Below are positions 43,035 to 53,900 of a DNA stretch of 64,000 nt, in pieces. Within the stretch, counting starts at the first letter, position 1. Each line of letters begins with the position of its first letter. A program made the translations under genes and the position numbers. Where the stretch lies: the NCBI GenBank assembly GCA_963729605.1, contig CAVSNY010000003.1, positions 96,001-160,000 on the forward strand. Reading direction: 5' to 3'. The notes beneath the pieces were generated by a model. It did not search any database. It was given only the letters and a program-made list of their open reading frames with translations, and was not told the DNA's origin. Source of the stretch: an uncultured Gammaproteobacteria bacterium. Its GTDB lineage: Bacteria; Pseudomonadota; Gammaproteobacteria; DRLM01.

Positions 43035-45239
43035 ATGCAGCACAACGAACACCAAACCCTCATCGGCCTAATCTGGAACATCGCCAACAAACTGCGCGGC
43101 CCCTACCGTCCGCCGCAATACCGCAAGGTGATGCTGCCGCTGATAGTGCTGCGCCGCCTCGATCTGGTGCTGGCGCCCACCAAGGACAAGGTGCTGGAAG
43201 AAGCCAAGAAGCTCAAGGCCAAGGGGCTCAAGGACAAGGCCTACGAAAGCGCGCTGTCCCGTGTCGCGGTCGGCAAGGACCGCACCCAGCCGCTGTACAA
43301 CACCAGCAAGTTCACCTTTGAAAAACTGCTCGGCGACCCGGCAAATATTGCCAGCAATCTGGTGGCCTATATCCACGGCTTCTCGCCCCGCGCCCGCGAC
43401 ATATTCGACAAGTTCGAGTTCGAGACCGAGATCCACAAACTCGACGAAAGTGACCGCCTCTACCTCATCATCAAGGAGATCTGCGCCTCCAACATCGACC
43501 TCTCGCCCCGGCGCATCTCCAACCTGCAAATGGGCTACCTGTTCGAGGAACTGGTGCGCAAGTTCAACGAGCAGGCCAACGAAGAGGCCGGCGACCACTT
43601 CACCCCGCGCGAGGTCATCCGCCTGATGGTGAACCTGGTGTTCACCGATGAGACCGACGTCTTCAAAAAGGGCATTTACAAAAGCATCTACGACCCCGCC
43701 GCCGGCACCGGTGGCATGCTCTCGGTGTCCGAGGAATTCATTAAAAGCCAGAACCCCGACGCCCACATCGAACTGTTCGGCCAGGAATACAATCCCGAAT
43801 CCTATGCGCTCTGCTGCTCTGACCTGCTGATAAAAGACGAGCCCATCGACAACCTCATCTACGGCGACACCCTCGGCATCAAAAACGCCAAGCGCCTGGC
43901 CGGCAACTTCGTGCCCCACGACGGCCACCCGGACAAACGGTTCCACTACATGTTCGCCAACCCGCCCTTCGGCGTGGAGTGGAAACCGGAAAAGGATTTC
44001 GTCGAGGACGAATACAAGGAGCAAGGATTTAACGGCCGCTTCGGCGCCGGCACGCCGCGCATCAACGACGGCTCGCTGCTGTTCCTGCAACACATGATCT
44101 CCAAGATGCACCCTTCACCGGAACAGAAAGGCGACGGCTCCAAGATCGCCATCGTCTTCAACGGCTCGCCGCTATTCACCGGCGATGCCGGCAGCGGCGA
44201 GAGCAACATCCGCCGCTGGATCATCGAAAACGACTGGCTTGACGCCATTGTCGCCCTGCCGGACCAGATGTTCTACAACACCGGCATCTACACCTACATC
44301 TGGCTGGTCAGCAACAAAAAGCCCAAGGCGCGTAAAGGCAAGGTGCAGCTCATCGACGCCACCCGCCACTACCAGAAAATGAAAAAGAGCCTCGGCAACA
44401 AGCGCAACGAACTGGGTGCCAACCACATTGCCGAAATCGTCAGGCTGTACGGCAACCACAAACACAATGCCGAAAGCAAAACCGGTCCGGACGGGAAAGG
44501 CGAGAGCCGCGTGTGCAGCAAGATATTCGATAATCGTGACTTCGGCTTCCTCAAGATTACCGTCGAGCGCCCCCTGCGCCTCAACTTTCAGGCAAGCGCC
44601 GAGCGCATCGAACGTCTGAAAGAACAAGGGCCGTTTGCCAATCTCGCCACCAGCAAAAAGACCAAAAACACCAAGGCCGCGGAAAAAGAGATCGCCGAAG
44701 GCGAAGCCCTGCAACAGGCCATCCTCAAGGCCTTGGCCGGCATGAACGGCAAAACTTTGTACACCAACCGCGATGCCTTCGAAGCCGCCCTCGACACCGC
44801 GTTGAACAAGGCCAAGCTGAAACTCCCCGCCCCACTGCGCAAGGCCATCCTCGCCGCCCTCTCTGAGCGCGACCAAACCGCTGACATCTGCACCGACAGG
44901 CACGGCAACCCGGAAGCGGACAGCGACCTGCGCGACATCGAGGTCGTGCCGCTGCCCGCCAACATCAAGCTGCCCCTGCCGCTGGGCTACGACAACGAGA
45001 CTGGCCACGACAAACTGCTCAAGCTGGTGAAGGCCCATTGCGAGGACTACCTCAAGCGCGAAGTCCTGCCCCACGTGCCCGACGCCTGGATCGATTACGG
45101 CAAGACCAAAGTCGGTTACGAAATCCCCCTCAACCGCCACTTCTACGTTTACCAGCCGCCACGAGATTTAAAAGAAATCGAGGCCGACATCAAGACACTG
45201 GAAAGCGAAATCATGGCCATGCTCTCGGAGGTGGTGTGA
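43035..45239 (+). CDS. hsdM: Type I restriction-modification methyltransferase subunit
   Basis: IWNIANKLRG, GDHFTPREV, motif I DPAAGTGG, motif IV NPPF. Confidence 0.95.
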   Translation: MQHNEHQTLIGLIWNIANKLRGPYRPPQYRKVMLPLIVLRRLDLVLAPTKDKVLEEAKKLKAKGLKDKAYESALSRVAVGKDRTQPLYNTSKFTFEKLLGDPANIASNLVAYIHGFSPRARDIFDKFEFETEIHKLDESDRLYLIIKEICASNIDLSPRRISNLQMGYLFEELVRKFNEQANEEAGDHFTPREVIRLMVNLVFTDETDVFKKGIYKSIYDPAAGTGGMLSVSEEFIKSQNPDAHIELFGQEYNPESYALCCSDLLIKDEPIDNLIYGDTLGIKNAKRLAGNFVPHDGHPDKRFHYMFANPPFGVEWKPEKDFVEDEYKEQGFNGRFGAGTPRINDGSLLFLQHMISKMHPSPEQKGDGSKIAIVFNGSPLFTGDAGSGESNIRRWIIENDWLDAIVALPDQMFYNTGIYTYIWLVSNKKPKARKGKVQLIDATRHYQKMKKSLGNKRNELGANHIAEIVRLYGNHKHNAESKTGPDGKGESRVCSKIFDNRDFGFLKITVERPLRLNFQASAERIERLKEQGPFANLATSKKTKNTKAAEKEIAEGEALQQAILKALAGMNGKTLYTNRDAFEAALDTALNKAKLKLPAPLRKAILAALSERDQTADICTDRHGNPEADSDLRDIEVVPLPANIKLPLPLGYDNETGHDKLLKLVKAHCEDYLKREVLPHVPDAWIDYGKTKVGYEIPLNRHFYVYQPPRDLKEIEADIKTLESEIMAMLSEVV

Positions 45240-46603
45240 TGGCCGGGTATCAGCCTTATCCTGAGTACAAGGGGTCGGGGGTGGAGTGGTTGGGGGAGGT
45301 GCCGAAGAATTGGGAGCCAAAGCGCCTCCGCTTTGCATTAAGAACAAACCCGAGCAGCAAAGAAATTAAGCTGGCCCCGGAAGATTCGGTTTCTTTCGTG
45401 GGGATGGACGCGGTTGGTGAATACGGCGGATTGCGCTTGGACTCTGAAAAAGAGCTTTCCGAAGTTGGTTCAGGTTACACATTCTTCGCAAACAATGATG
45501 TTGTTGTTGCCAAAATCACGCCCTGTTTCGAAAACGGTAAAGGTGCAATCGCCGAGAACCTAACCAATGGGGTAGCTTTCGGTACAACCGAGTTACATGT
45601 TCTGAGAACAGGTTTGGAGTTAGATCCAGAGTTTTTATTTTACATCACGATATCAAATTTATTTCGCAGCCTCGGTGAATCCGAGATGTGCGGTGCAGGT
45701 GGTCAAAAGCGTGTCCCAGAATCGTTTATCAAGGATTTTGTTGCGGCATTGCCCAGTTTGCCAGAACAACAAACCATCGCCCGCTTTCTCGACCACAAAA
45801 CCGCGCAGATCGATGCGCTCATCGCCAAAAAACAAACCCTGCTGGAAAAACTCGCCGAAAAACGCACCGCCCTCATCAGCCACGCCGTCACCAAAGGCCT
45901 CGATCCGAATGTAAAAATGAAAGACTCCGGCGTGGAGTGGTTGGGGCAGGTGCCGGAGCATTGGGATGTTAAGCGCCTCAAATTTTTGGTCTCTTCTCCA
46001 CTCAAGTATGGCGCAAACGAGACGGCGGAATTAACGGATACAGAATTTCCGCGTTATATTCGCATAACTGACGTGAATGATGACGGCTCATTAAGAGAAG
46101 AAACGTTTCGCTCACTCCCTCCCGAAGTGGCAGCAGATTACCTGCTAGAAGATGGTGACATTCTTCTGGCTCGAAGTGGTGCCACTGTCGGCAAGAGCTT
46201 TATATACCGTCCTTCGTGGGGCGCTGCTGCATATGCGGGTTACCTTATTCGTGCCAGAATGTCCGAGGAGTTAGATGCTGACCTTTGTTTCTATTTCCTG
46301 CAATCGGATATTTATTGGCAATGGCTAAATAGCATATTTATTCAGGCAACCATCCAGAACGTGAGCGCAGAAAAATATGCAAATCTATGGTTACCGGTTC
46401 CATGCAAGGCTGAACAAGGCCCGATTATTGATTATTTAAATACGCAAGTTGGAAGAATAAAAATGCAGGCGTCGAAGGCAGCTGATGCCATCGAAAAACT
46501 CAAAGAATACCGCTCCGCGCTGATCACCCAGGCAGTCACCGGCAAAATCGACGTGCGCATTGTCAAGATTCCAGAGTCAGCCGCCAAAGGTCAGGCGGCA
46601 TGA
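45239..46603 (+). CDS. hsdS: Type I RM specificity subunit
   Basis: Repeated GVEWLG(E/Q)VPxxW, EQQTIARFLD, two AT-richer TRDs, AVTGKIDVR. Confidence 0.93.
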   Translation: MAGYQPYPEYKGSGVEWLGEVPKNWEPKRLRFALRTNPSSKEIKLAPEDSVSFVGMDAVGEYGGLRLDSEKELSEVGSGYTFFANNDVVVAKITPCFENGKGAIAENLTNGVAFGTTELHVLRTGLELDPEFLFYITISNLFRSLGESEMCGAGGQKRVPESFIKDFVAALPSLPEQQTIARFLDHKTAQIDALIAKKQTLLEKLAEKRTALISHAVTKGLDPNVKMKDSGVEWLGQVPEHWDVKRLKFLVSSPLKYGANETAELTDTEFPRYIRITDVNDDGSLREETFRSLPPEVAADYLLEDGDILLARSGATVGKSFIYRPSWGAAAYAGYLIRARMSEELDADLCFYFLQSDIYWQWLNSIFIQATIQNVSAEKYANLWLPVPCKAEQGPIIDYLNTQVGRIKMQASKAADAIEKLKEYRSALITQAVTGKIDVRIVKIPESAAKGQAA

Positions 46604-46666
46604 TTGCTTTGATTAAGAATATTTTCTGGAAGTACTTTATCGGGTGCAGGGAGCAGGGATAAAAAT

Positions 46667-47203
46667 ATGCTGAATCGATTTGCTAAGTTCCTGCTCGTTG
46701 CAACATCGCTATCCCCGGTACTGGGTGCGGTGGCGGTTAATCAATTTGCCTTGGGCAAGTCGTGGCTAAGTTGGGCTCCTTGGCTGTCGGTTGCGCTACT
46801 TCTGGTGCTGATCTGTTGGCTGTTGCTTCGCTATGCGGATGACAATGGACAAAAACACCTCTTTCGCATTGAGGAGTTTGAGAGCAACGATAAGGAAGTG
46901 TTGGCCTTCTTACTGGCTTATCTGCTGCCATTTATCTCAGCCAAGGATATGGCCTTCGAAGGTCAGTGGCTGACCGGCGCTTATATCCTTGTCATCATAT
47001 TTATGGTGATCTCCCATGCGGGCGTCCTTCATTTCAATCCAGTCATGGGACTTCTGGGTTACCACTTCTATGGTGTCAAGAATAGCGAAGGTGTGTCGCA
47101 GTTACTGATCAGCAAGGCGGAACTGCGCAGAACGGGTAAAGAGCTGAACACTGTACGGCTGGCACACAATATTTATCTGCACGTAGGGGGGGAAGGATGC
47201 TGA
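46667..47203 (+). CDS. kwaA: Kiwa anti-phage membrane protein KwaA-like
   Basis: ~4 hydrophobic helices, YLLPF, FNPVMGLLGYHFY; overlaps the DUF4868-like gene; defence context. Confidence 0.7.
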   Translation: MLNRFAKFLLVATSLSPVLGAVAVNQFALGKSWLSWAPWLSVALLLVLICWLLLRYADDNGQKHLFRIEEFESNDKEVLAFLLAYLLPFISAKDMAFEGQWLTGAYILVIIFMVISHAGVLHFNPVMGLLGYHFYGVKNSEGVSQLLISKAELRRTGKELNTVRLAHNIYLHVGGEGC

Positions 47204-48078
47204 GTAATTTTCAACTGGCGGTGATTGTCAAATCGGGTGGGCAAGTGCGCCTTCTTCGGATTCCATTGCATCATGGGTTGCAAAATACACTGGCCGTAAG
47301 CTGGGAATCTCAATATCAAATCTTTGTAGAGAATATTCAAGAAATTGATTTTGACGCAGGATACAATCCTGAAGAGCATGAGCGATTCTGCTTGAAAGAA
47401 TACGAACTTCCTGATTGGCTTGCGAATGAGAATAGCATGACTGTTCAAGACCTGGATGCGATAAGTAATAACGAGTCACTGATTGATTCGGTCAGGGGGA
47501 TTGTGGCTTTTGCGCGAGATGCTCAGCGACAGGAATTGATGCTTTTTCAGAATTTCAGTCGTTCTCATGTCATTCGTCCAGGACGCTTCTTGTTTTTGCA
47601 AAATAATACCTATGAGAGCACTCAACGCCCCGGCTTTACGCTCGACGCTAAATTGAGTGCCGTGTATCTGGCGGCATATAACAAGCTGCTGTTTCATAAC
47701 TTTCGCACAACTAACACATTTCTGCCGCTCGAAGAGTTTTATGAAGAAGCCTCGGAACAGGATATTCGTCATGTTTTACAACACGATCGACTCGCACCGG
47801 AGGATATTGATGCGCTGGCGGAGAATTCGAATCAGTGGTTCCGCAAACGCTTTGCCATGCTCAAGGACTCCGAAATATTGGACAAGTACACTGCGAAACA
47901 GATTCAAATACATTCGAAAGGATATGAGGTTGATATCCATATAAAGGGTGGCAAGATCGTGTTTCCGGCAGGCAAGGCTTCCGCCAAGCGCCTGCTTCAG
48001 TTTTTGAACGAGGAGGTTTTCCGTGGAGCAATTACGGAAACGCTTTATGAAACCAATTCAAAGCGCGAGGCGGATTGA
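47197..48078 (+). CDS. kwaB: Kiwa KwaB-like (DUF4868) protein
   Basis: FQNF..FTLDAKL..FYEEAS..LLQFLNEEVFRGAIT..YETNSK pattern recalled from DUF4868; paired with a TM gene. Confidence 0.7.
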   Translation: MLSNFQLAVIVKSGGQVRLLRIPLHHGLQNTLAVSWESQYQIFVENIQEIDFDAGYNPEEHERFCLKEYELPDWLANENSMTVQDLDAISNNESLIDSVRGIVAFARDAQRQELMLFQNFSRSHVIRPGRFLFLQNNTYESTQRPGFTLDAKLSAVYLAAYNKLLFHNFRTTNTFLPLEEFYEEASEQDIRHVLQHDRLAPEDIDALAENSNQWFRKRFAMLKDSEILDKYTAKQIQIHSKGYEVDIHIKGGKIVFPAGKASAKRLLQFLNEEVFRGAITETLYETNSKREAD

Positions 48079-48734
48079 TGACCGTTCCTGCGCAACCAAA
48101 GATATACCATATCGTGCATGTGGACCGTTTGCCATCCATTATCGCGGATGGTTGTCTGTGGTGCGATGCGGAAATCGTGAATCGCGCGCCGCCCGGAACT
48201 ACAATAGGCATGAATGGGATCAAGCAAAGACGGCTTGGTTTAGCTCTGACCAGTCACCCGGGTCTGCATGTGGGTGATTGTGTACCATTCTATTTCTGTC
48301 CACGCTCGATCATGCTGTATCTGATCTATCAGGGTAATCATCCTGAGATGACCTATCGGGATGGACAGGGGCCAATCATTCATCTGGAGACCGATCTTCG
48401 TGCATCCGTTGCGTGGGCGCAGCAGAATCAGCAGCGTTGGGCTTTTACTCTATCGAATGCAGGAGCCTATTACTTCGAGGATCGTTGCGATCTGTCACAG
48501 TTGAATGAAATAAACTGGGAGGCCGTTCAGGCTAACCGCTGGAGCGGCAACGGTATTGCAGCTTCGATCAAGGAAGGTAAACAGGCAGAGTTTCTGCTGG
48601 AAAACCGCTTCCCATGGCACCTGGTCGAGCGCATCGGCGTGCATTCGCGTGCGGTCTACCAGCAGGTGGTCAATGCCTTGCCTACAGGCGGTCATCGACC
48701 ACAAATTGAGATAAAACCAGAATGGTATTACTGA
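48078..48734 (+). CDS. darT: DarT ssDNA ADP-ribosyltransferase toxin (DUF4433)
   Basis: IYHIVHVDRLPSI, VPFYFCPRSIMLY, FTLSNAG, catalytic KQAEFL. Confidence 0.9.
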   Translation: MTVPAQPKIYHIVHVDRLPSIIADGCLWCDAEIVNRAPPGTTIGMNGIKQRRLGLALTSHPGLHVGDCVPFYFCPRSIMLYLIYQGNHPEMTYRDGQGPIIHLETDLRASVAWAQQNQQRWAFTLSNAGAYYFEDRCDLSQLNEINWEAVQANRWSGNGIAASIKEGKQAEFLLENRFPWHLVERIGVHSRAVYQQVVNALPTGGHRPQIEIKPEWYY

Positions 48735-48750
48735 TAAGGAGGCGGCGAAG

Positions 48751-49800
48751 ATGATTGAATATAAAAGTGGTGATATTTTGCGAGAAGATGCCGAGGCCAT
48801 TATCAATACCGTGAATTGTGTTGGCGTGATGGGTCGCGGTATCGCGCTTCAGTTTAAAAATACATTTCCGCAGAATTTTAAGGCCTATGCGGCTGCTTGT
48901 AAGAAAGAAGAGGTACAACCTGGGCGGATGTTTGTGTTTGAAACCGGGCAACTGACCAATCCGCGCTACATTATCAATTTCCCCACCAAACGCCACTGGC
49001 GCGGCAAGAGCCGAATAGAGGATATTGAAACCGGCCTAATGGATCTGGTTGAGGTCATTCATCGATACAACATCAAATCAATCGCGATACCGCCTCTGGG
49101 AAGTGGTTTGGGTGGTTTGGACTGGGCGGATGTTAAAAAGCGTATTGAATCCGCGATGAAGCCGCTCACGAGTGTGCGCGTCATTGTCTACGAACCCAGA
49201 GGTGCGCCCGCTACCGAAAAAATGGTGCATAATCGCGAAGTTCCACCCATGACCGCCGGTCGTGCTGCCCTCGTGGAACTGGTGAGCCGCTACCTCAGCG
49301 GACTTCTCGATCCCTCGGTATCTTTGCTTGAGGTACACAAACTGATGTATTTCATGCAGGAAGCCGGTGAACCGCTGCGGCTCAAATATCAAAAAGCGCC
49401 TTATGGCCCCTATGCCGAAAACCTGCGCCATGTGTTACGCGACATCGAAGGTCATCTTGTTTCTGGATACGCGGACGGCGGTGATGCGCCGGATAAACAA
49501 CTCAAGTTGGTGCCGGGGGCCATTGAAGACGCCACCACTTTCCTGCAACAGCACCAGGATACCCGGGCACGCTTTGACAAGGTGTCGGCACTGGTCGAGG
49601 GCTTCGAGTCGCCTTTTGGACTGGAGCTTTTGTCTACGGTCCATTGGGTGATGAAAAATGATGGTATGAATACTGTCGAAGACGTGATTCAACATACTTA
49701 CGACTGGAACGAACGTAAGCGGCAGTTCACCCCACGCCAGATCACTCTTGCCGTGGATGTGTTGGCGAGTAAGGCTTGGGTGGCCCGTCGCTTGGAGTGA
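48751..49800 (+). CDS. darG: DarG macrodomain antitoxin
   Basis: NTVNCVGVMGRGIALQFK, INFPTKRHWR, PPLGSGLGG, C-terminal HKLMYFMQ..YGPY..LELLSTVHW. Confidence 0.92.
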   Translation: MIEYKSGDILREDAEAIINTVNCVGVMGRGIALQFKNTFPQNFKAYAAACKKEEVQPGRMFVFETGQLTNPRYIINFPTKRHWRGKSRIEDIETGLMDLVEVIHRYNIKSIAIPPLGSGLGGLDWADVKKRIESAMKPLTSVRVIVYEPRGAPATEKMVHNREVPPMTAGRAALVELVSRYLSGLLDPSVSLLEVHKLMYFMQEAGEPLRLKYQKAPYGPYAENLRHVLRDIEGHLVSGYADGGDAPDKQLKLVPGAIEDATTFLQQHQDTRARFDKVSALVEGFESPFGLELLSTVHWVMKNDGMNTVEDVIQHTYDWNERKRQFTPRQITLAVDVLASKAWVARRLE

Positions 49801-49841
49801 GTTGCATCTGGCCGGGATAAATCCTTGGCCAAAATCCCGGC

Positions 49842-49888
49842 TTGATAGTTCATTTAGTGTGAACTATAGTTCATGCGGTATGAACTAT
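49842..49888 (+). promoter_or_regulatory. Sigma70-like promoter overlapped by two tandem palindromic operators
   Basis: TTGATA(49842)-N17-TATAGT(49865); ATAGTTCA-N7-TGAACTAT at 49845-49867 and 49866-49888. Confidence 0.75.
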
Positions 49889-49901
49889 CGGATTAGCCCC
49901 C

Positions 49902-50483
49902 ATGAGCCAGCTCAGCGATGCCCTGTTTACCGAGACCCAGCAAAAGGTGCTGGGTCTGCTGTACGGGCAGCCGGATCGGAGTTTCTACACCAAGGAGATC
50001 CTGCGTCTGACGGGCATGGGGGTGGCCACCATCAAGCGCGAGCTGGACCGCATGCTGGCGGCGGGTATTTTGAGCATGACCCGGATTGGCAACCAGCACC
50101 ATTATCAGGCCAACCCGCAGTGCCCGATCTACGGTGAGCTGCTGGGCATCGTCAAAAAGACTTTTGGCGTGACCGAGGTCATTCGCCTGGCGCTTGAGCC
50201 ACTGGCGAGAAAGATCGACCGCGCCTTTATCTTCGGTTCCGTGGCCAGCGGCAAGGAGAACGCGGCCAGCGATATCGACCTGCTGATCATCGGCGATGCG
50301 GGTTTTGCGGAGGTGGTCAGCGCGCTCTATCCGGTACAGGCAACGCTGGGCCGGGAGGTGAATCCGAAAATTTATCGCCAGGAGGAATGGACTCGAATGA
50401 AGAAGGGCAAGGATGCCTTTGTCACGGAAGTGATGGCAAAGCCGCGCATGGATGTGATCGGGGGTGGGGATGAGCCTGGATAA
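49902..50483 (+). CDS. HTH-minimal nucleotidyltransferase (MNT) antitoxin-like protein
   Basis: N-terminal wHTH-like region (KEILRLTGMGVATIKRELDRM) plus FGS-x10-DID motif. Confidence 0.85.
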   Translation: MSQLSDALFTETQQKVLGLLYGQPDRSFYTKEILRLTGMGVATIKRELDRMLAAGILSMTRIGNQHHYQANPQCPIYGELLGIVKKTFGVTEVIRLALEPLARKIDRAFIFGSVASGKENAASDIDLLIIGDAGFAEVVSALYPVQATLGREVNPKIYRQEEWTRMKKGKDAFVTEVMAKPRMDVIGGGDEPG

Positions 50484-50922
50484 CTTGATCGGAATCAGCC
50501 TGGAGAAGATCAAGCCGGATGCGGCGGTGATTGGGCGGCTGCTATCGGCGGCCAGGCGCAATATCACCGATGCGCGTGTTACGGAAATCAGCGCCGAGAA
50601 TCGTTTCGATGCCGCCTACAAGGCCATCATGCAACTGGCCAATACCGCGTTGCAGGCCAACGGCTTCAGAACGCTGTCCAGCAAGCCCGGCCACCACATG
50701 ACCATGATACAAACACTCAGCCAAACCATTGGTGTGAACAGGCAGGCCGTCATTGTGCTCGATGCCTTGCGCAAACAGCGCAACGTGGCGGATTACTCCG
50801 GTGATGTTGTCCCGATGAGCGCGGTGGAGGAATGCTTGTCCCATGCCGAGGTCTTGCAAATCGCGGTTCATAAGTGGCTGGAAAAGAACAAACCCGAGTT
50901 GCTTGGGGATAAAAAAGATTAA
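50470..50922 (+). CDS. HEPN-like protein
   Basis: Helical, RFDAAYKA, RKQRNVADY; overlaps the MNT gene. Confidence 0.7.
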   Translation: MSLDNLIGISLEKIKPDAAVIGRLLSAARRNITDARVTEISAENRFDAAYKAIMQLANTALQANGFRTLSSKPGHHMTMIQTLSQTIGVNRQAVIVLDALRKQRNVADYSGDVVPMSAVEECLSHAEVLQIAVHKWLEKNKPELLGDKKD

Positions 50923-50933
50923 GGGGGGATGGC

Positions 50934-53900
50934 GTGCACACCGAACGGGACTTTGAAAACGACATCGAAGCGGCGCTGCTGAAAAGTGGCGGCTATCACG
51001 CGGGCGACCCGACTGGCTATGACGCCGAGCGGGCGCTGTTCCCGGCGGATATGCTCAGTTTTGTAGAGGCCACCCAGCCGAAGATCTGGGACTACCTGCA
51101 AAGCCTGCACAAGGACAAGACCCCGGCGGTGCTGATCGACAACCTGGCCAAGGAGCTGGACAGCAAGGGCATGCTGGGTGTGTTGCGCGAGGGCTTCAAG
51201 TGCAGCGGCAAGACGGTGAAGGCCGCGTTCTTTGCGCCCAACACCGACATGGACCTGCAGGCGCAGGAGCGTTATCAGGCGAATCGCCTTAGTGTGATCC
51301 GGCAGGTGAAGACCAGGAGTGGCGCGATCCCCGATATGGTGCTGGCGGTAAACGGCCTGCCGGTGGCGACGCTGGAGCTGAAGAACGTAATGTCCGCCAC
51401 CCGATGGATGGTGGAGCACGCCAAGAACCAGTACAAATACGAGCGCGACCCGCGCGAAAAGCTCTTCGCCTTCAAGCAGCGCTGTCTGGTGCACTTTGCC
51501 GTAGACACCGAGCAGGTGTTCATGACCACGAAACTGGAAGGCAAAAGCACGTTCTTTTTGCCGTTCAATCGCGGTTTTGAACACGGCGCCGGTAATCCCC
51601 CGGTGGCTGGCGATGTGCGCACGAGTTATTTATGGCATGAGGCGCTGACCAGGGACAGTTTGCTGGACATCCTCGCCCGCTTTATGCATTTGCAAGTGGA
51701 AGAAACCACGGTTGCCACCGAAAAGGGACTGAAGCGCCACGTCAAGGAGACCATGATCTTCCCCCGTTATCATCAGCTCGATGCGGTGCGCAAATTGGTG
51801 GGGCATGCCCGCGAGAAGGGTTCGGGTCACAACTATCTGGTGCAGCACTCGGCCGGCTCGGGAAAATCCAACTCCATCGCCTGGCTAGCGCACCGGCTCT
51901 CCAGCCTGCACGATGCCAACGACGAAAAGATTTTTCATTCGGTGGTGGTGATCACCGACCGCCGCGTGCTCGACCAGCAGTTGCAGGACACCATCTTCCA
52001 GTTCGAGCACAAGCTGGGTGTGGTGCAGAAGATTGACGAGAACACCCAGCAACTGGCCAAGGCCCTGGCCGATGGCGTGCCGATTATCATCTCTACCATC
52101 CAGAAGTTTCCCTTTATCACCCGCGCCATCCAGGCCCTGGAGAAGAAGGGCGAGACGGTGAGCATCGCTACCGCCGGCAAGCGTTTCGCGGTGATCGTGG
52201 ACGAGGCCCACAGCTCGCAGAGCGGCGAGACCGCCATGGAACTCAAGAGCATCCTCAATAAGGACGGCATCGAATCGGCCATCGCCGCGCAACTGCTGGA
52301 CGACGAAGACGACAGCCTGAGCACCGAGGCGCAGCAGGCCATGCTGCGCGAGCAACTCAAGCGCACGCGCCAGCCCAATTTGAGCTTCTTTGCCTTTACC
52401 GCTACGCCCAAGTTCAAGACCCTGGCGGTATTTGACGAGCCGGGCGAGAACGGCGAGGCGCCGTTTCATCTCTACAGCATGCGCCAGGCCATCGAGGAAG
52501 GATTCATTCTCGACGTGTTGCGGGGCTATACTTGACTACAAGCGTTATTACAAGCTGATTCAGGATGTAGAGAACGACCCTTCCGTGCCGCGCAAAAAAG
52601 CAGCGCGGGCACTGGCGCGTTTTGTCGATTTGCACGACTACAACATCGGCCAGAAGGTGGAGATCATCGTCGAGCATTTCGTTACCCACACTCGCCACAA
52701 GATCGGTGGCCGCGCCAAGGCCATGGTGGTGACCGGCTCACGCGAACATGCGGTGCGCTACAAGCTGGCGTTCGACCAGTACATCAAGGACAACAAGATC
52801 AGCGGCGTGCGCTCGCTGGTAGCCTTCTCGGGCGAAATCGCCCTCAAGGATCAGGCCGGCAAGACCTACTCCGAAGTGACGATGAACAACGGCATCAAGG
52901 AGAGCGAGCTGCCGGAAAAATTCAACACCGAGGAATATCAGGTGTTGCTGGTGGCGGAGAAATACCAGACCGGCTTCGACCAGCCCTTGCTGCACACCAT
53001 GTATGTGGACAAACGCCTGTCCGGCATTCAGGCGGTGCAGACCCTGTCGCGCCTCAACCGCACCACGCGCGGCAAGGAAAACACCTTCGTGCTGGATTTC
53101 GTCAACGAGCCGGACGACATCTACAAGGCCTTCAAGCCCTACTACGAAGTCACCCCCATGGGCGATGAGGTGGACCCGCAACACCTGAACGAACTGGCCC
53201 ACACCCTCGCGGCCTGGCGGGTCTACACCCAATACGAAGTCAACGGCTGGTGCGAGATCTGGTTCCGCAACCGCATGCAACCCACCGGCGGCGAACACAA
53301 GCAGCTCAACGCCATGATTGACATGGCGGTCGAGCGCTTCAACAAGCTGACGGAGGAACAACAGGACGAGTTCAAGAGCCAACTGGTCAGTTTCCGCAGC
53401 TTGTATATGTTCCTGTCGCAGATCATCCCCTATCAGGATTCAAATCTGGAGAGACTCTATACCTACAGCCGCTTCCTGTTGAATAAGCTGCCGCGCACCC
53501 ATCGTGAAACGAAGGTGACGGTGGATGATGATGTGGAGTTGAAATACTACCGGCTGGAGAAGATCAGCGAAGGCAGCATCAACCTGCGTGATGGCGAGGC
53601 GGAGTACCTGAAGGGTCCGACCGATGTGGGCACCGGTCAGACCGACGAAGAGGTGCAGTTGTCCACATTGGTCGCCGCGCTGAACGAACGCTTCGGCACC
53701 GAATTCACCCCCGCCGATCAACTGTTCTTCGAACAGGTGCGCGAAACAGCCGTGGCCAATGAACAGTTACGCCAGGCGGCGGAGGTCAACTCCATGGAAA
53801 ACTTCGCGCCTATCTTTAACAAACAGCTCGAAACCCTCCTGATCGAGCGCATGGAAGGCAATGAGGATATTTTCTCACGCATGATGAACGACGAAGCCTT

